Part shown: positions 17,674 through 25,045 of the stretch, one piece after another | Layout: every line of letters starts with the position of its first letter | Position numbering within the stretch: position 1 is the stretch's first letter | Assembly (NCBI RefSeq): GCF_001458695.1 | Contig: NZ_LN885086.1 | Location: 1,320,001-1,352,000, forward strand | Length of the DNA stretch: 32,000 nt | Source of the DNA: Candidatus Nitrospira inopinata | Lineage (GTDB): Bacteria > Nitrospirota > Nitrospiria > Nitrospirales > Nitrospiraceae | Reading direction: 5' to 3' | Notes under the pieces: generated by a model | Seen by the model: only the letters and a program-made list of their open reading frames with translations | What the model was told of the DNA's origin: nothing | Databases searched by the model: none | Position numbers and translations under genes: made by a program

Positions 17674-18195
17674 ATGCTCGAAGTACGAGAACGTGCCGTT
17701 TCGTCCTGGCTATTGGTCGCCGGGTGGGTCGTGTTGTTCGCCGTTTCGCTCAGCGGCTGCTCATCGAAGAAACCTCTCCAATATCCCGAGGACCATGAGC
17801 GGATCCAAAGAATCGATCAAGCGGTCGAAGCCTTGCGGGAAGCTTACCAGGAGAAAAACCTTTCGGGCTTTCGCTCGCTGTTCTCGCCGGACGCCCGGCT
17901 CAATCAGCTTCAGCGCGAGGTGGAGGCCGATTTCGAGGCGTTTGACTCTATCAAGCTTGATTTCAAAATCGAGCGGGTCATCATCGAAGGCGGCGACGTC
18001 GACGTATATGTGCATTGGCAGGGCGTGTGGAAAAAGCGGGGCGAAGAGGCGGGCGTGCGGCATCGAGGCTCCGCCCGTTTGCAATGGACCGGCACCGGCT
18101 CCTTTCTTCTGCGCGGCGTGCAGGGCGATTTGCCGTTCGGCATGAAGGACAAGCTAACGTTGTCAGAGTCGTCTCCACAATCCGTTCTGCGATAG
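17674..18195 (+). CDS. Putative lipoprotein of unknown function
   Basis: Signal peptide plus lipobox (MLEVRERAVSSWLLVAGWVVLFAVSLSG|C). The ~145-aa mature part has a helix-then-strands pattern and no motif I can name. Its stop lies 7 nt before the nadB ATG. Confidence 0.65.
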   Translation: MLEVRERAVSSWLLVAGWVVLFAVSLSGCSSKKPLQYPEDHERIQRIDQAVEALREAYQEKNLSGFRSLFSPDARLNQLQREVEADFEAFDSIKLDFKIERVIIEGGDVDVYVHWQGVWKKRGEEAGVRHRGSARLQWTGTGSFLLRGVQGDLPFGMKDKLTLSESSPQSVLR

Positions 18196-18202
18196 CGCAT
18201 CA

Positions 18203-19870
18203 ATGCAGCGGTCTGTTTTACCACCGGCGGATTTTCTCGTCATCGGCAGCGGAGTCGCCGGTCTCAGGGCGGCGATCGAGCTGAGTCGGGCGGGGCGGGT
18301 CGTCATGCTGACCAAGGGACACCCGTTACAAAGCACCTCGATCTTTGCCCAGGGGGGGGTGGCCGTGGCGCTCAGCGAGGAGGATGACGTCTCGATCCAT
18401 TTGAAAGACACGGTCGATGCCGGGCACGGTCTCTGTCGGCTTGAAGCGGTGCGGGTGTTGGTCGAAGAGGGGCCGGAGCGCATCCAGGAATTGATTCGCT
18501 GGGGGGCGAACTTCGACAAAGTGGGAGGGAAGTTCGCGTTTGCCCGAGAAGCGGCGCACAGCCGGAGCCGGATTCTCCGCGCTCGCGGCGACGCCACGGG
18601 GAACGAAATGGTGCGGGTGTTGATGGCCCATGCCGTCCGGCAGGCCAGAATCCGGCGGATGGATTTCCATTTTACGGTGGACTTGATCGTGGAGGACGGC
18701 AGATGTTGCGGCGCGGTGGCGCTGAACGAACATTCGGGAGAACTCTGTGTGTTACCCGCCAAAGCGGTGGTGTTGTCGACCGGAGGGGCCGGACAAATTT
18801 ACGCTCGAACGACGAATCCGCCGAGCGCGACCGGCGATGGAATGGCCATGGCGTACCGCGCCGGCGCGAGGCTGCAAGACATGGAATTCGTCCAATTTCA
18901 TCCGACGGCGCTGTACGTGCCGTCCAGTCCGCCGTTTCTCCTGTCGGAGGCCATGAGGGGAGAAGGGGGACAGCTCCGGAACCACAAAGGCGAAACGTTT
19001 ATGGAACGGTATCATCCGTTGGGCGCCATGGCTCCGAGGGATATCGTCGCGCGCGCGATTTGGGCCGAAATGGCGGCCACGAAAACCCGCCACGTGTATC
19101 TTGACGTGACGCACTTGGGGGCCGATTTTGTGAAGCGCCGGTTTCCGACGATCTATGCGACGTGCCTGCGGCACGACATCGATATTACGGAAGAGTGGAT
19201 ACCGGTTTCTCCCAGCGCGCATTACATGATGGGAGGAGTCTGGACCGATATAAACGGGGCGACGTCCGTGCCCGGTCTCTTTGCCGCCGGGGAAGTGGCC
19301 TGCAGCGGCGTGCATGGCGCCAATCGGCTCGCCAGCAATTCGTTGTTGGAAGCGTTGGTGTTCGGGATGCGGGCCGGTGTCGCCGCGGTCGCGTGGGGCG
19401 CCCGTCAGGCCGTGCCGGATGTAGGTCGTCAGGCGGCGGCGTTGCGGCATGGCGGGCGTCATCGCTTGGATGACGCGGAAAAATTGCGAAACTCGCTCCG
19501 TCGGATCATGTGGGGGCAAGTCGGAATCGTCAGGTCCCGCGAATCGTTGATTCGAGCGACGGCTCAGCTCACCCGGTGGGAACGCATGGTCTCGAAGCCG
19601 TTCGGCGCAAGAGCCGATCTTGAGGTCAAGAACATGATTCAAGTGGCGCGCTGTGTCGCCGAATCGGCGCTCTGGCGGGAGAACAGCGTGGGGGCCCATT
19701 TCCGATCGGACTTTCCCGATGCCAAGCCGCCGGGATGGAACGAGCACAGTCAAATCCGCCTTGGGGAGCCGGTCAGCGGAGGGGAAAGGCAAACGGCTCA
19801 AGGTTCGGTTGACGCGAAGAGGGCTCCGAAAACACCATCGCGCCGTCGGCCGCGGCAAGGTCGCGCCTAA
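18203..19870 (+). CDS. nadB: L-aspartate oxidase
   Basis: FAD dinucleotide fold DFLVIGSGVAGLRAA, then FAQGGVAVAL and GEVACSGVHGANRLASNSLLEALVFG, typical of NadB within the succinate dehydrogenase/fumarate reductase flavoprotein family. 555 aa with a basic C-terminal tail. Confidence 0.9.
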   Translation: MQRSVLPPADFLVIGSGVAGLRAAIELSRAGRVVMLTKGHPLQSTSIFAQGGVAVALSEEDDVSIHLKDTVDAGHGLCRLEAVRVLVEEGPERIQELIRWGANFDKVGGKFAFAREAAHSRSRILRARGDATGNEMVRVLMAHAVRQARIRRMDFHFTVDLIVEDGRCCGAVALNEHSGELCVLPAKAVVLSTGGAGQIYARTTNPPSATGDGMAMAYRAGARLQDMEFVQFHPTALYVPSSPPFLLSEAMRGEGGQLRNHKGETFMERYHPLGAMAPRDIVARAIWAEMAATKTRHVYLDVTHLGADFVKRRFPTIYATCLRHDIDITEEWIPVSPSAHYMMGGVWTDINGATSVPGLFAAGEVACSGVHGANRLASNSLLEALVFGMRAGVAAVAWGARQAVPDVGRQAAALRHGGRHRLDDAEKLRNSLRRIMWGQVGIVRSRESLIRATAQLTRWERMVSKPFGARADLEVKNMIQVARCVAESALWRENSVGAHFRSDFPDAKPPGWNEHSQIRLGEPVSGGERQTAQGSVDAKRAPKTPSRRRPRQGRA

Positions 19871-20477
19871 GAAACGTCCGATAGTAACGCAAAACTTTAC
19901 GGACATAGCGCTGGGTTTCCTCGATCGGCGGAAGGGCGCGATAACGGTCGACGACGTGCTCTCCCGCGTTGTAGGCGGCCAGAGCAAGCGGAAGGTCGCC
20001 GCGAAATCTGTCCAAGAGGAACCGAAGATATTTCGTGCCCCCTCCGATGTTGTCTTCGGGGTCGTAGAGATCCTTCACGTCCAGACGAACGGCGGTTTGC
20101 GGCATGAGCTGCATGAGTCCGACCGCTCCCGCGCGGGATACCGCCCGCGCGTCAAAATCCGATTCGGCCTTGATGACGGCCCGAATGAGCGCGGGCGGGA
20201 GCTGGTACTGGCTTGAGAATCGGAGGATCGTCGGCTCGAGTTCCGCTTCCGAAAGTGTCGGGCGCAAACGACCGGAAGATCGGTCGATTCGTCGGTAGCG
20301 TGAGTCGGACGGGACATTGGTCAGTGAAATGACGCCTTTGGCGTCGATGTACTGATAAACTTCCGCGTGGGCCCTTGAATTGGAAGCTCCCGGGAGTTCG
20401 TCCCACACACCGAGCACGAGAAGGATTCCCACGAACAGAAGCATGGAGCGGGGGATCGGCGGGCGGCGGGGCTTCAT
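19773..20477 (-). CDS. Secreted lytic transglycosylase (SLT domain) with a short N-terminal beta-rich module
   Basis: Signal or TM segment MKPRRPPIPRSMLLFVGILLVLGV. The SLT catalytic region is AVIKAESDFDARAVSRAGAVGLMQLMPQTA ... LAAYNAGEHVV. The N-terminal VYQYIDAKGVISLTNVP resembles the DUF4124-type motif (from memory). Confidence 0.85.
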   Translation of the reverse strand: MKPRRPPIPRSMLLFVGILLVLGVWDELPGASNSRAHAEVYQYIDAKGVISLTNVPSDSRYRRIDRSSGRLRPTLSEAELEPTILRFSSQYQLPPALIRAVIKAESDFDARAVSRAGAVGLMQLMPQTAVRLDVKDLYDPEDNIGGGTKYLRFLLDRFRGDLPLALAAYNAGEHVVDRYRALPPIEETQRYVRKVLRYYRTFLRRDLAAADGAMVFSEPSSRQPNLEPFAFPLR

Positions 20478-20569
20478 GGGTCAACGATAGCAGTCCGTGA
20501 CCGATTGTCAAGGAATAGCTCGTCCGGCGCAGCGGATCGCGACAGGCAATCGATGTGAAAACAAACGGT

Positions 20570-21463
20570 TCACACGGCGGACGGAGAAGGGCCCTCCAGG
20601 AAGCGGTCTCGCGCGTCGGCGAACAGACGTCTCAGCTTGTGCGTGAGGGGGCCGGGTTTCCCGTTGCCGATCGGAGCACGGTCAACGGTGGCGACCGGCA
20701 TGATTTCCATGCTGGTGTTCGTCACGAAGCACTCGCCGGCTTGCCGGAGCTGAGCCGGCGTGAATCGTCCTTCTTCCGTCCGAATTCCCTGTTCCTCGGC
20801 AAGCTGGAGCACGACGGATCGTGTGATGCCGTCTAGAATGCCGCAGCCAACGGCCGGCGTGCAGAGGCGTCCGTCCATGACGAAGAAGAGATTGCTGACA
20901 GTGCATTCCGCGAGGTGGTGTTCCCAGTTGAGCAGAATGCTGTCGAACGCTCCCGCCGCGACGGCCTCGCGCTTGGCGAGGATGTTGTTGAGAAAGTTGG
21001 TGGATTTGATCCGCGGGGACAACGCGTCGGGCAAGTTGCGTCTCGTGGAGGCGACGATCAGGTCGACTCCCCTTTCATAAAGGAACGGGTCGGGAGCGAC
21101 GAGAGGCTTGGCCATAATGACGACCGTCGGCGACGGGCACAGTGCGGGGTCCAGACCTATGTCTCCGATGCCTCGTGACAGGGTGATGCGTAGATAGGCA
21201 TCTCGCCCGCCGTCGCCGAGGCCGTTGCGCGTCATCGTTTCGTAAAGCAGTTCGAGCCAACGCTCTTTAGAGAGCGGAACGGTCAATCCTATCGCCTCCG
21301 CGGATCGAAAGAGCCGTTCCACATGTTTGGAGCCCAGAAAGAGGCGGTTCCCGTAAGAGCGGATCGTCTCGTACACGCCGTCTCCATACAGAAAACCGTG
21401 GTCGAAGACGGAGATCAGCGCCTCTTCTCGCCTGACGAATCGGTCGTTCAGATAAATCCACAT
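20570..21463 (-). CDS. Class-IV (fold type IV) PLP aminotransferase family protein; by context probably 4-amino-4-deoxychorismate lyase (PabC), with BCAT/DAAT not excluded
   Basis: 297 aa with VFDHGFLYGDGVYETIRSY and HVERLFRSAEAIGL, typical of fold type IV. The start lies 16 nt downstream of the pabB-like stop on the same strand. Confidence 0.7.
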   Translation of the reverse strand: MWIYLNDRFVRREEALISVFDHGFLYGDGVYETIRSYGNRLFLGSKHVERLFRSAEAIGLTVPLSKERWLELLYETMTRNGLGDGGRDAYLRITLSRGIGDIGLDPALCPSPTVVIMAKPLVAPDPFLYERGVDLIVASTRRNLPDALSPRIKSTNFLNNILAKREAVAAGAFDSILLNWEHHLAECTVSNLFFVMDGRLCTPAVGCGILDGITRSVVLQLAEEQGIRTEEGRFTPAQLRQAGECFVTNTSMEIMPVATVDRAPIGNGKPGPLTHKLRRLFADARDRFLEGPSPSAV

Positions 21464-21479
21464 CGGATGGAAGAAAGAC

Positions 21480-22955
21480 TCAGGAGAAGGCGCTCAAGAA
21501 TGCCTGGGCCTTGTGGATTGTTTCCTCGTACTCGCGGGCCGGATTGGAGTCGGCCACAATGCCGGCGCCGACTTGGAGGTGGCCCCTGCCCTGTCGTTTG
21601 ACCAAGGTCCTGATCAAGATGTTGAAGTCCAAGTCTCCGCTCCAACAGACGTACCCCATCGATCCGGAATAGGCGCCGCGACGAACCGGCTCCAGTTCCT
21701 CGATGATTTCCATGCACCGGATTTTGGGCACCCCAGTGATTGTTCCGCCGGGGAACATGGCGCGCAGCAGGTCGAAGCCGGTGACGTCGTTTTTTAAGAG
21801 GCCGGATACGTGGGAAACGAGGTGGTTGACGTGAGAGTATCGTTCCAGCGTCATCAGCTCCTCCACCCGGAGACTTCCGAAATCGCAGACACGGCCGAGA
21901 TCATTGCGCTCCAGGTCGACCAGCATAATGTGTTCCGCCCGTTCTTTTTCATTTGCGCGCAAGTCATCCGCGAGCCGGCGGTCGGCGGCGGCGTCCGCTC
22001 CGCGCGGCCTCGTTCCGGCAATCGGCCGTGTGTCGGCCCGTCGCCCCTCAAGGCGGACCAATCGTTCAGGCGATGAGCTGATCAGGCTGGTCTGATGAAA
22101 GCGGAGCAGACCGGAAAACGGGGAGGGATTCAGAGTCCGTATTCGACCGTACGTGAGAAGATCGGAAAGCAATTGAGGGACGGCCGGGGATGTCAGGTCG
22201 GTGACGACAAATCGATGGGAAAGGTTGGCCTGATAGATATCGCCCGCCGCGATGTACTCTTGACAGCGTCGGACGCGATCGGCGTAGGAAGAACGATGCT
22301 GTTCCGGCTCAAACGACAGGTGAAGCGGCGTATCGGCGAGGCCGGGGGGGAGGGGACCGGACATCCGTGCAGCCAGTGCCGCCAGCCGATCTCGCCCCTC
22401 TCTGAGCAACTTTTCACGCGGCTCGCCGAGGAACCGTTCGAGCGGCGGACAAAACGCCAAGGTGAAACGATTCTGTTCGTGGTCGATCGCCGCCACAAGA
22501 TCGAAAAAAGCGAACTCAAAATCCGGCATGGCGAGGTCGTCGAGCGCGAGAGAGGGAAGCCGTTCAAATTGACGAACGAGATCGTAACTGAAGTAGCCGA
22601 CGGCTCCTCCGAAAAAAGGAGGGGCCTGTCGGGGGCGGGCGATGTAGGAGTTTCTGAAAAGACCGGCAAGATGACTGAACGGGTCCTTGCCCTGCTCTTC
22701 GCGTCCGTCGGCGGTATGTTCGATGTAGTGGTTCGCTCGTCCGCTTACGGTCAAATAGGGCTCCCCAGCGAAGAACGAATACCGTCCCGTTATCGGATGG
22801 TGACGGCCGCTCTCGAACAGAAAAGAAGGACGATGGCTCGACGCGACTTTTGCGTAGAGTTCAAAAGGAGAGGCTGACGGCGCGTCAAGCGTCATCAGCA
22901 AAGGCGACGGAGGGCCTTGTAGAAAAGAAACGGCGTGGAGGGACGTTGTCGGCAT
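21480..22955 (-). CDS. pabB: Chorismate-utilising enzyme, aminodeoxychorismate synthase component I (PabB) / anthranilate synthase component I family
   Basis: SFLFESGRHHPITGRYSF, SPERLVR, TRPIAGTRPRG, ERAEHIMLVDLERNDLGRV and GGTITGVPKIRCMEIIEELE. The start is trimmed to ATG 22953..22955 (MPTTSLHAV...). The track's extra 144 N-terminal residues are low-complexity and would swallow the divergent atp promoter region. The pabB call rests on the adjacent class-IV aminotransferase. Confidence 0.8.
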   Translation of the reverse strand: MPTTSLHAVSFLQGPPSPLLMTLDAPSASPFELYAKVASSHRPSFLFESGRHHPITGRYSFFAGEPYLTVSGRANHYIEHTADGREEQGKDPFSHLAGLFRNSYIARPRQAPPFFGGAVGYFSYDLVRQFERLPSLALDDLAMPDFEFAFFDLVAAIDHEQNRFTLAFCPPLERFLGEPREKLLREGRDRLAALAARMSGPLPPGLADTPLHLSFEPEQHRSSYADRVRRCQEYIAAGDIYQANLSHRFVVTDLTSPAVPQLLSDLLTYGRIRTLNPSPFSGLLRFHQTSLISSSPERLVRLEGRRADTRPIAGTRPRGADAAADRRLADDLRANEKERAEHIMLVDLERNDLGRVCDFGSLRVEELMTLERYSHVNHLVSHVSGLLKNDVTGFDLLRAMFPGGTITGVPKIRCMEIIEELEPVRRGAYSGSMGYVCWSGDLDFNILIRTLVKRQGRGHLQVGAGIVADSNPAREYEETIHKAQAFLSAFS

Positions 22956-23034
22956 AGCGTACTGTACCGTTTCGCGAGCCCTTGCGTCACTACCAACCAT
23001 GTAGCGGTGAGTCTCCGAAGAAGCCGCAATCGTA

Positions 23035-23064
23035 TTGACTTTGCAAAGGGGGTTCTGCTTAAAT
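23035..23064 (+). promoter_or_regulatory. Putative sigma70-type promoter of the atp F0 cluster (TTGACT-N18-TTAAAT)
   Basis: TTGACT at 23035..23040 and TTAAAT at 23059..23064, in the 203-bp divergent region between pabB and atpZ. Confidence 0.35.
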
Positions 23065-23112
23065 CGGAGGCCCATCATAGGTAGGGTTCTGCTCACGTGC
23101 TGTTGTGACATC

Positions 23113-23153
23113 GCCTTCCGTGGGTCCTGCACGCTGACGTGCCTTCCGTGGGT
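23113..23153. repeat. Perfect 13-bp direct repeat GCCTTCCGTGGGT x2, 28 bp start-to-start, immediately upstream of atpZ
   Basis: The copies at 23113..23125 and 23141..23153 were read directly from the sequence. The second copy ends 5 nt before ATG 23159. Confidence 0.9.
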
Positions 23154-23158
23154 TGGGA

Positions 23159-23404
23159 ATGCCCCCTCCAAACGATCCATTGTATGCGGGGCTTGGTCAG
23201 GCCGTTCGTATCGGAACGGAACTGCTTGCTGCGTTGATCGTCGGCGGTGGGCTGGGATGGGCGGTCGATGAGTACATATTGGAGTCCGGTCCATGGGGGC
23301 TGGTGATCGGATTGATATTGGGCGCGACGGCGGGGGTACGCAACGCCTATCGGGCCTCGCAACAGTGGCAGAGGCCTCCGGATCCATCTGGCAAGGATAA
23401 ATGA
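23159..23404 (+). CDS. AtpZ/AtpI-family small membrane protein (ATP synthase protein I-like)
   Basis: About 81 aa with two TM helices (IGTELLAALIVGGGLGWAVD, GPWGLVIGLILGATAG), directly upstream of atpB. ATG 23159 is preferred over the track's TTG 23153. Confidence 0.75.
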   Translation: MPPPNDPLYAGLGQAVRIGTELLAALIVGGGLGWAVDEYILESGPWGLVIGLILGATAGVRNAYRASQQWQRPPDPSGKDK

Positions 23405-23413
23405 AGGTAGTTC

Positions 23414-24163
23414 ATGGAAGAAAGTCCGCTTCACCCGTTTGAGCTGCACAACTTTGTCCCGATCAACATCGGCGGTCTGGATATCTCCCTTAACAAGGCC
23501 GTCCTCACGATGTGGGTGGTGGTGGCGCTCGTCGCGGCGTTGATGGTCATGGCCGGGTCGGCGCGACGGTTGGTTCCCGGTAAACTGCAAAGTCTTGCGG
23601 AAATGCTGGTGGACTTTATTCGCGGGATCATTCTGGATACGATGGGCGAAGGGGGGATGAAGTTCTTTCCTCTGGTCGCGACGCTCTTCCTGTTCATCCT
23701 ATTCTGCAATCTGGTGGGATTGATTCCCGGTTCCTATACCGTCACGAGTCAAATCATCGTGACGGCGGTCTTTGCCTTTTCGGTCTATGGACTCAGCCTC
23801 GTGATGGGATTTGCGTTGCACGGAGCGAAGTTTCTGGGTATTTTGGTGCCGCCGGGAACGCCGGCGTGGCTCTTGCCGCTCATGGTTCCCATCGAATTGA
23901 TCAGCCAACTGGCTCGCCCGATTTCGCTGGCCGTCCGATTGTTCGCCAATATGACGGCCGGGCACGTCATCCTCGGCGTGTTGTTCGGACTGACGGTCAG
24001 CGGGGGCCTGTTGATCGGATGGCTGCCCTTCGTATTTACGATCGCGATGAACGGGCTGGAGCTCGGCATCGCGTTCATTCAGGCGTATATTTTCACCGTG
24101 CTCACCTGCGTCTATTTGGGCGACGCATTTCACTTGCACGGTCATGATGAGCACGCGCACTGA
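23414..24163 (+). CDS. atpB: F0F1 ATP synthase subunit a
   Basis: 249 aa and polytopic, with the conserved Arg region ISLAVRLFANMTAGHVIL. GAAGG lies upstream of ATG 23414. Confidence 0.93.
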   Translation: MEESPLHPFELHNFVPINIGGLDISLNKAVLTMWVVVALVAALMVMAGSARRLVPGKLQSLAEMLVDFIRGIILDTMGEGGMKFFPLVATLFLFILFCNLVGLIPGSYTVTSQIIVTAVFAFSVYGLSLVMGFALHGAKFLGILVPPGTPAWLLPLMVPIELISQLARPISLAVRLFANMTAGHVILGVLFGLTVSGGLLIGWLPFVFTIAMNGLELGIAFIQAYIFTVLTCVYLGDAFHLHGHDEHAH

Positions 24164-24199
24164 CGTGTGCCGATACAGACAAGGGAGGATCGAAGGACG

Positions 24200-24430
24200 A
24201 TGGATTCAGCAGCTGCAGCGTTGTTGGGAATGGGGTTGGCGGCGGCGGGCTTCGCCGGAGCCGGCGTCGGCATCGGGTATATTTTCGGGAAAATGATCGA
24301 AGCGGTGGCGCGTCAACCGGAGGCCGAAGGCCGGGTCGGGAAGTACATGTGGATCGGATTCGCGCTGGTGGAAGCCATTGCGTTGTACGGCTTGGTCATC
24401 GCGTTCATTATCATGGGGCTTCGGAAGTAG
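24200..24430 (+). CDS. atpE: F0F1 ATP synthase subunit c
   Basis: 76-aa hairpin proteolipid (GAGVGIGYIFGKMIEAVARQPE ... FALVEAIALYGLVIAFI). ATG 24200 has AGGGAGGA upstream. The track's GTG 24167 is probably an over-extension. Confidence 0.9.
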   Translation: MDSAAAALLGMGLAAAGFAGAGVGIGYIFGKMIEAVARQPEAEGRVGKYMWIGFALVEAIALYGLVIAFIIMGLRK

Positions 24431-24500
24431 GGGCAGGTTTAAGGTTTAAGCCGGCGCGGAGCACGACTCCGGTCCGGACTGAATCTTCCTGGAGCAAAGG

Positions 24501-25007
24501 ATGCCGCAGTTCGAATCGCATTTTTTCTCTTCTCTGATTTTCTGGGAAATCGTTTCGTTCGCGATTTTGTTTTTCATCCTGTACAAGTACGCCTTTCCCG
24601 CCGTGTTGAGCATTCTTGAGGAGCGGGAGCGGAAGATCAAGGACAGTTTGGATCAAGCCGAGCGGCATCGATCGGAGGCGGAGCGGACGCTGAGGGAGTA
24701 TGAAGCCAAGTTGGCCTCAGTCTCCAAGGAAGCCGAGACCATGTTGGCGGCGGCCAGGGAGCGGGCCCAACGTCTGATGGAAGAAAATGAGCAGCGGATG
24801 ACGGCGGAAGCCGAGCGAATCAAAGGCGATGCCATGCGCGAGATCGATCAGGAACGACGGCGGGCCGTCCAGGAAATTCGGGCGCAAACGACCGAATTGG
24901 CTCTCCTGGTTGCCGAGCAAGTCCTCCAGCGGAGCATGACCGACGCCGACCATCGACGGTTGGCCGACGAAGCGCTCGCGGCATTGTCAAAACCGTCCCA
25001 CCGATAA
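24501..25007 (+). CDS. atpF: F0F1 ATP synthase subunit b
   Basis: 168 aa with one N-terminal TM helix (FWEIVSFAILFFILYKYAF), then a long charged coiled-coil (EERERKIKDSLDQAERHRSEAERTLREYEAKL...). GGAG lies upstream of ATG 24501. Confidence 0.9.
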   Translation: MPQFESHFFSSLIFWEIVSFAILFFILYKYAFPAVLSILEERERKIKDSLDQAERHRSEAERTLREYEAKLASVSKEAETMLAAARERAQRLMEENEQRMTAEAERIKGDAMREIDQERRRAVQEIRAQTTELALLVAEQVLQRSMTDADHRRLADEALAALSKPSHR

Positions 25008-25019
25008 TCGCCTCTCAAA

Positions 25020-25045
25020 GGGGAGTCAGCGCAGGCTGACTCCCC
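25020..25045. terminator. Strong hairpin (11-bp perfect stem GGGGAGTCAGC / GCTGACTCCCC, loop GCAG) between convergent atpF and larE; candidate bidirectional terminator
   Basis: The stem arms at 25020..25030 and 25035..25045 are exact reverse complements. The hairpin starts 13 nt after the atpF stop. On the minus strand it is followed by TTTGAG. It overlaps the last codons and the stop of the larE-like gene. Confidence 0.6.

Noticed and set aside
22956-23387. 144-aa N-terminal extension of the pabB ORF (track ORF 21480..23387).
   Set aside because: The segment is low-complexity and Pro/Arg-rich. It would cover the entire divergent atp promoter region and part of atpZ on the opposite strand. 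Similarity to chorismate-utilising enzymes begins near MPTTSLHAV at 22955.
24436-24449. Tandem heptamer GGTTTAAGGTTTAA plus a 5-bp stem (CGGAG/CTCCG) in the atpE-atpF spacer, considered as an attenuator setting c:b stoichiometry.
   Set aside because: The repeat is very short and the stem is weak, with no U-tract. It cannot be told apart from chance using sequence alone.
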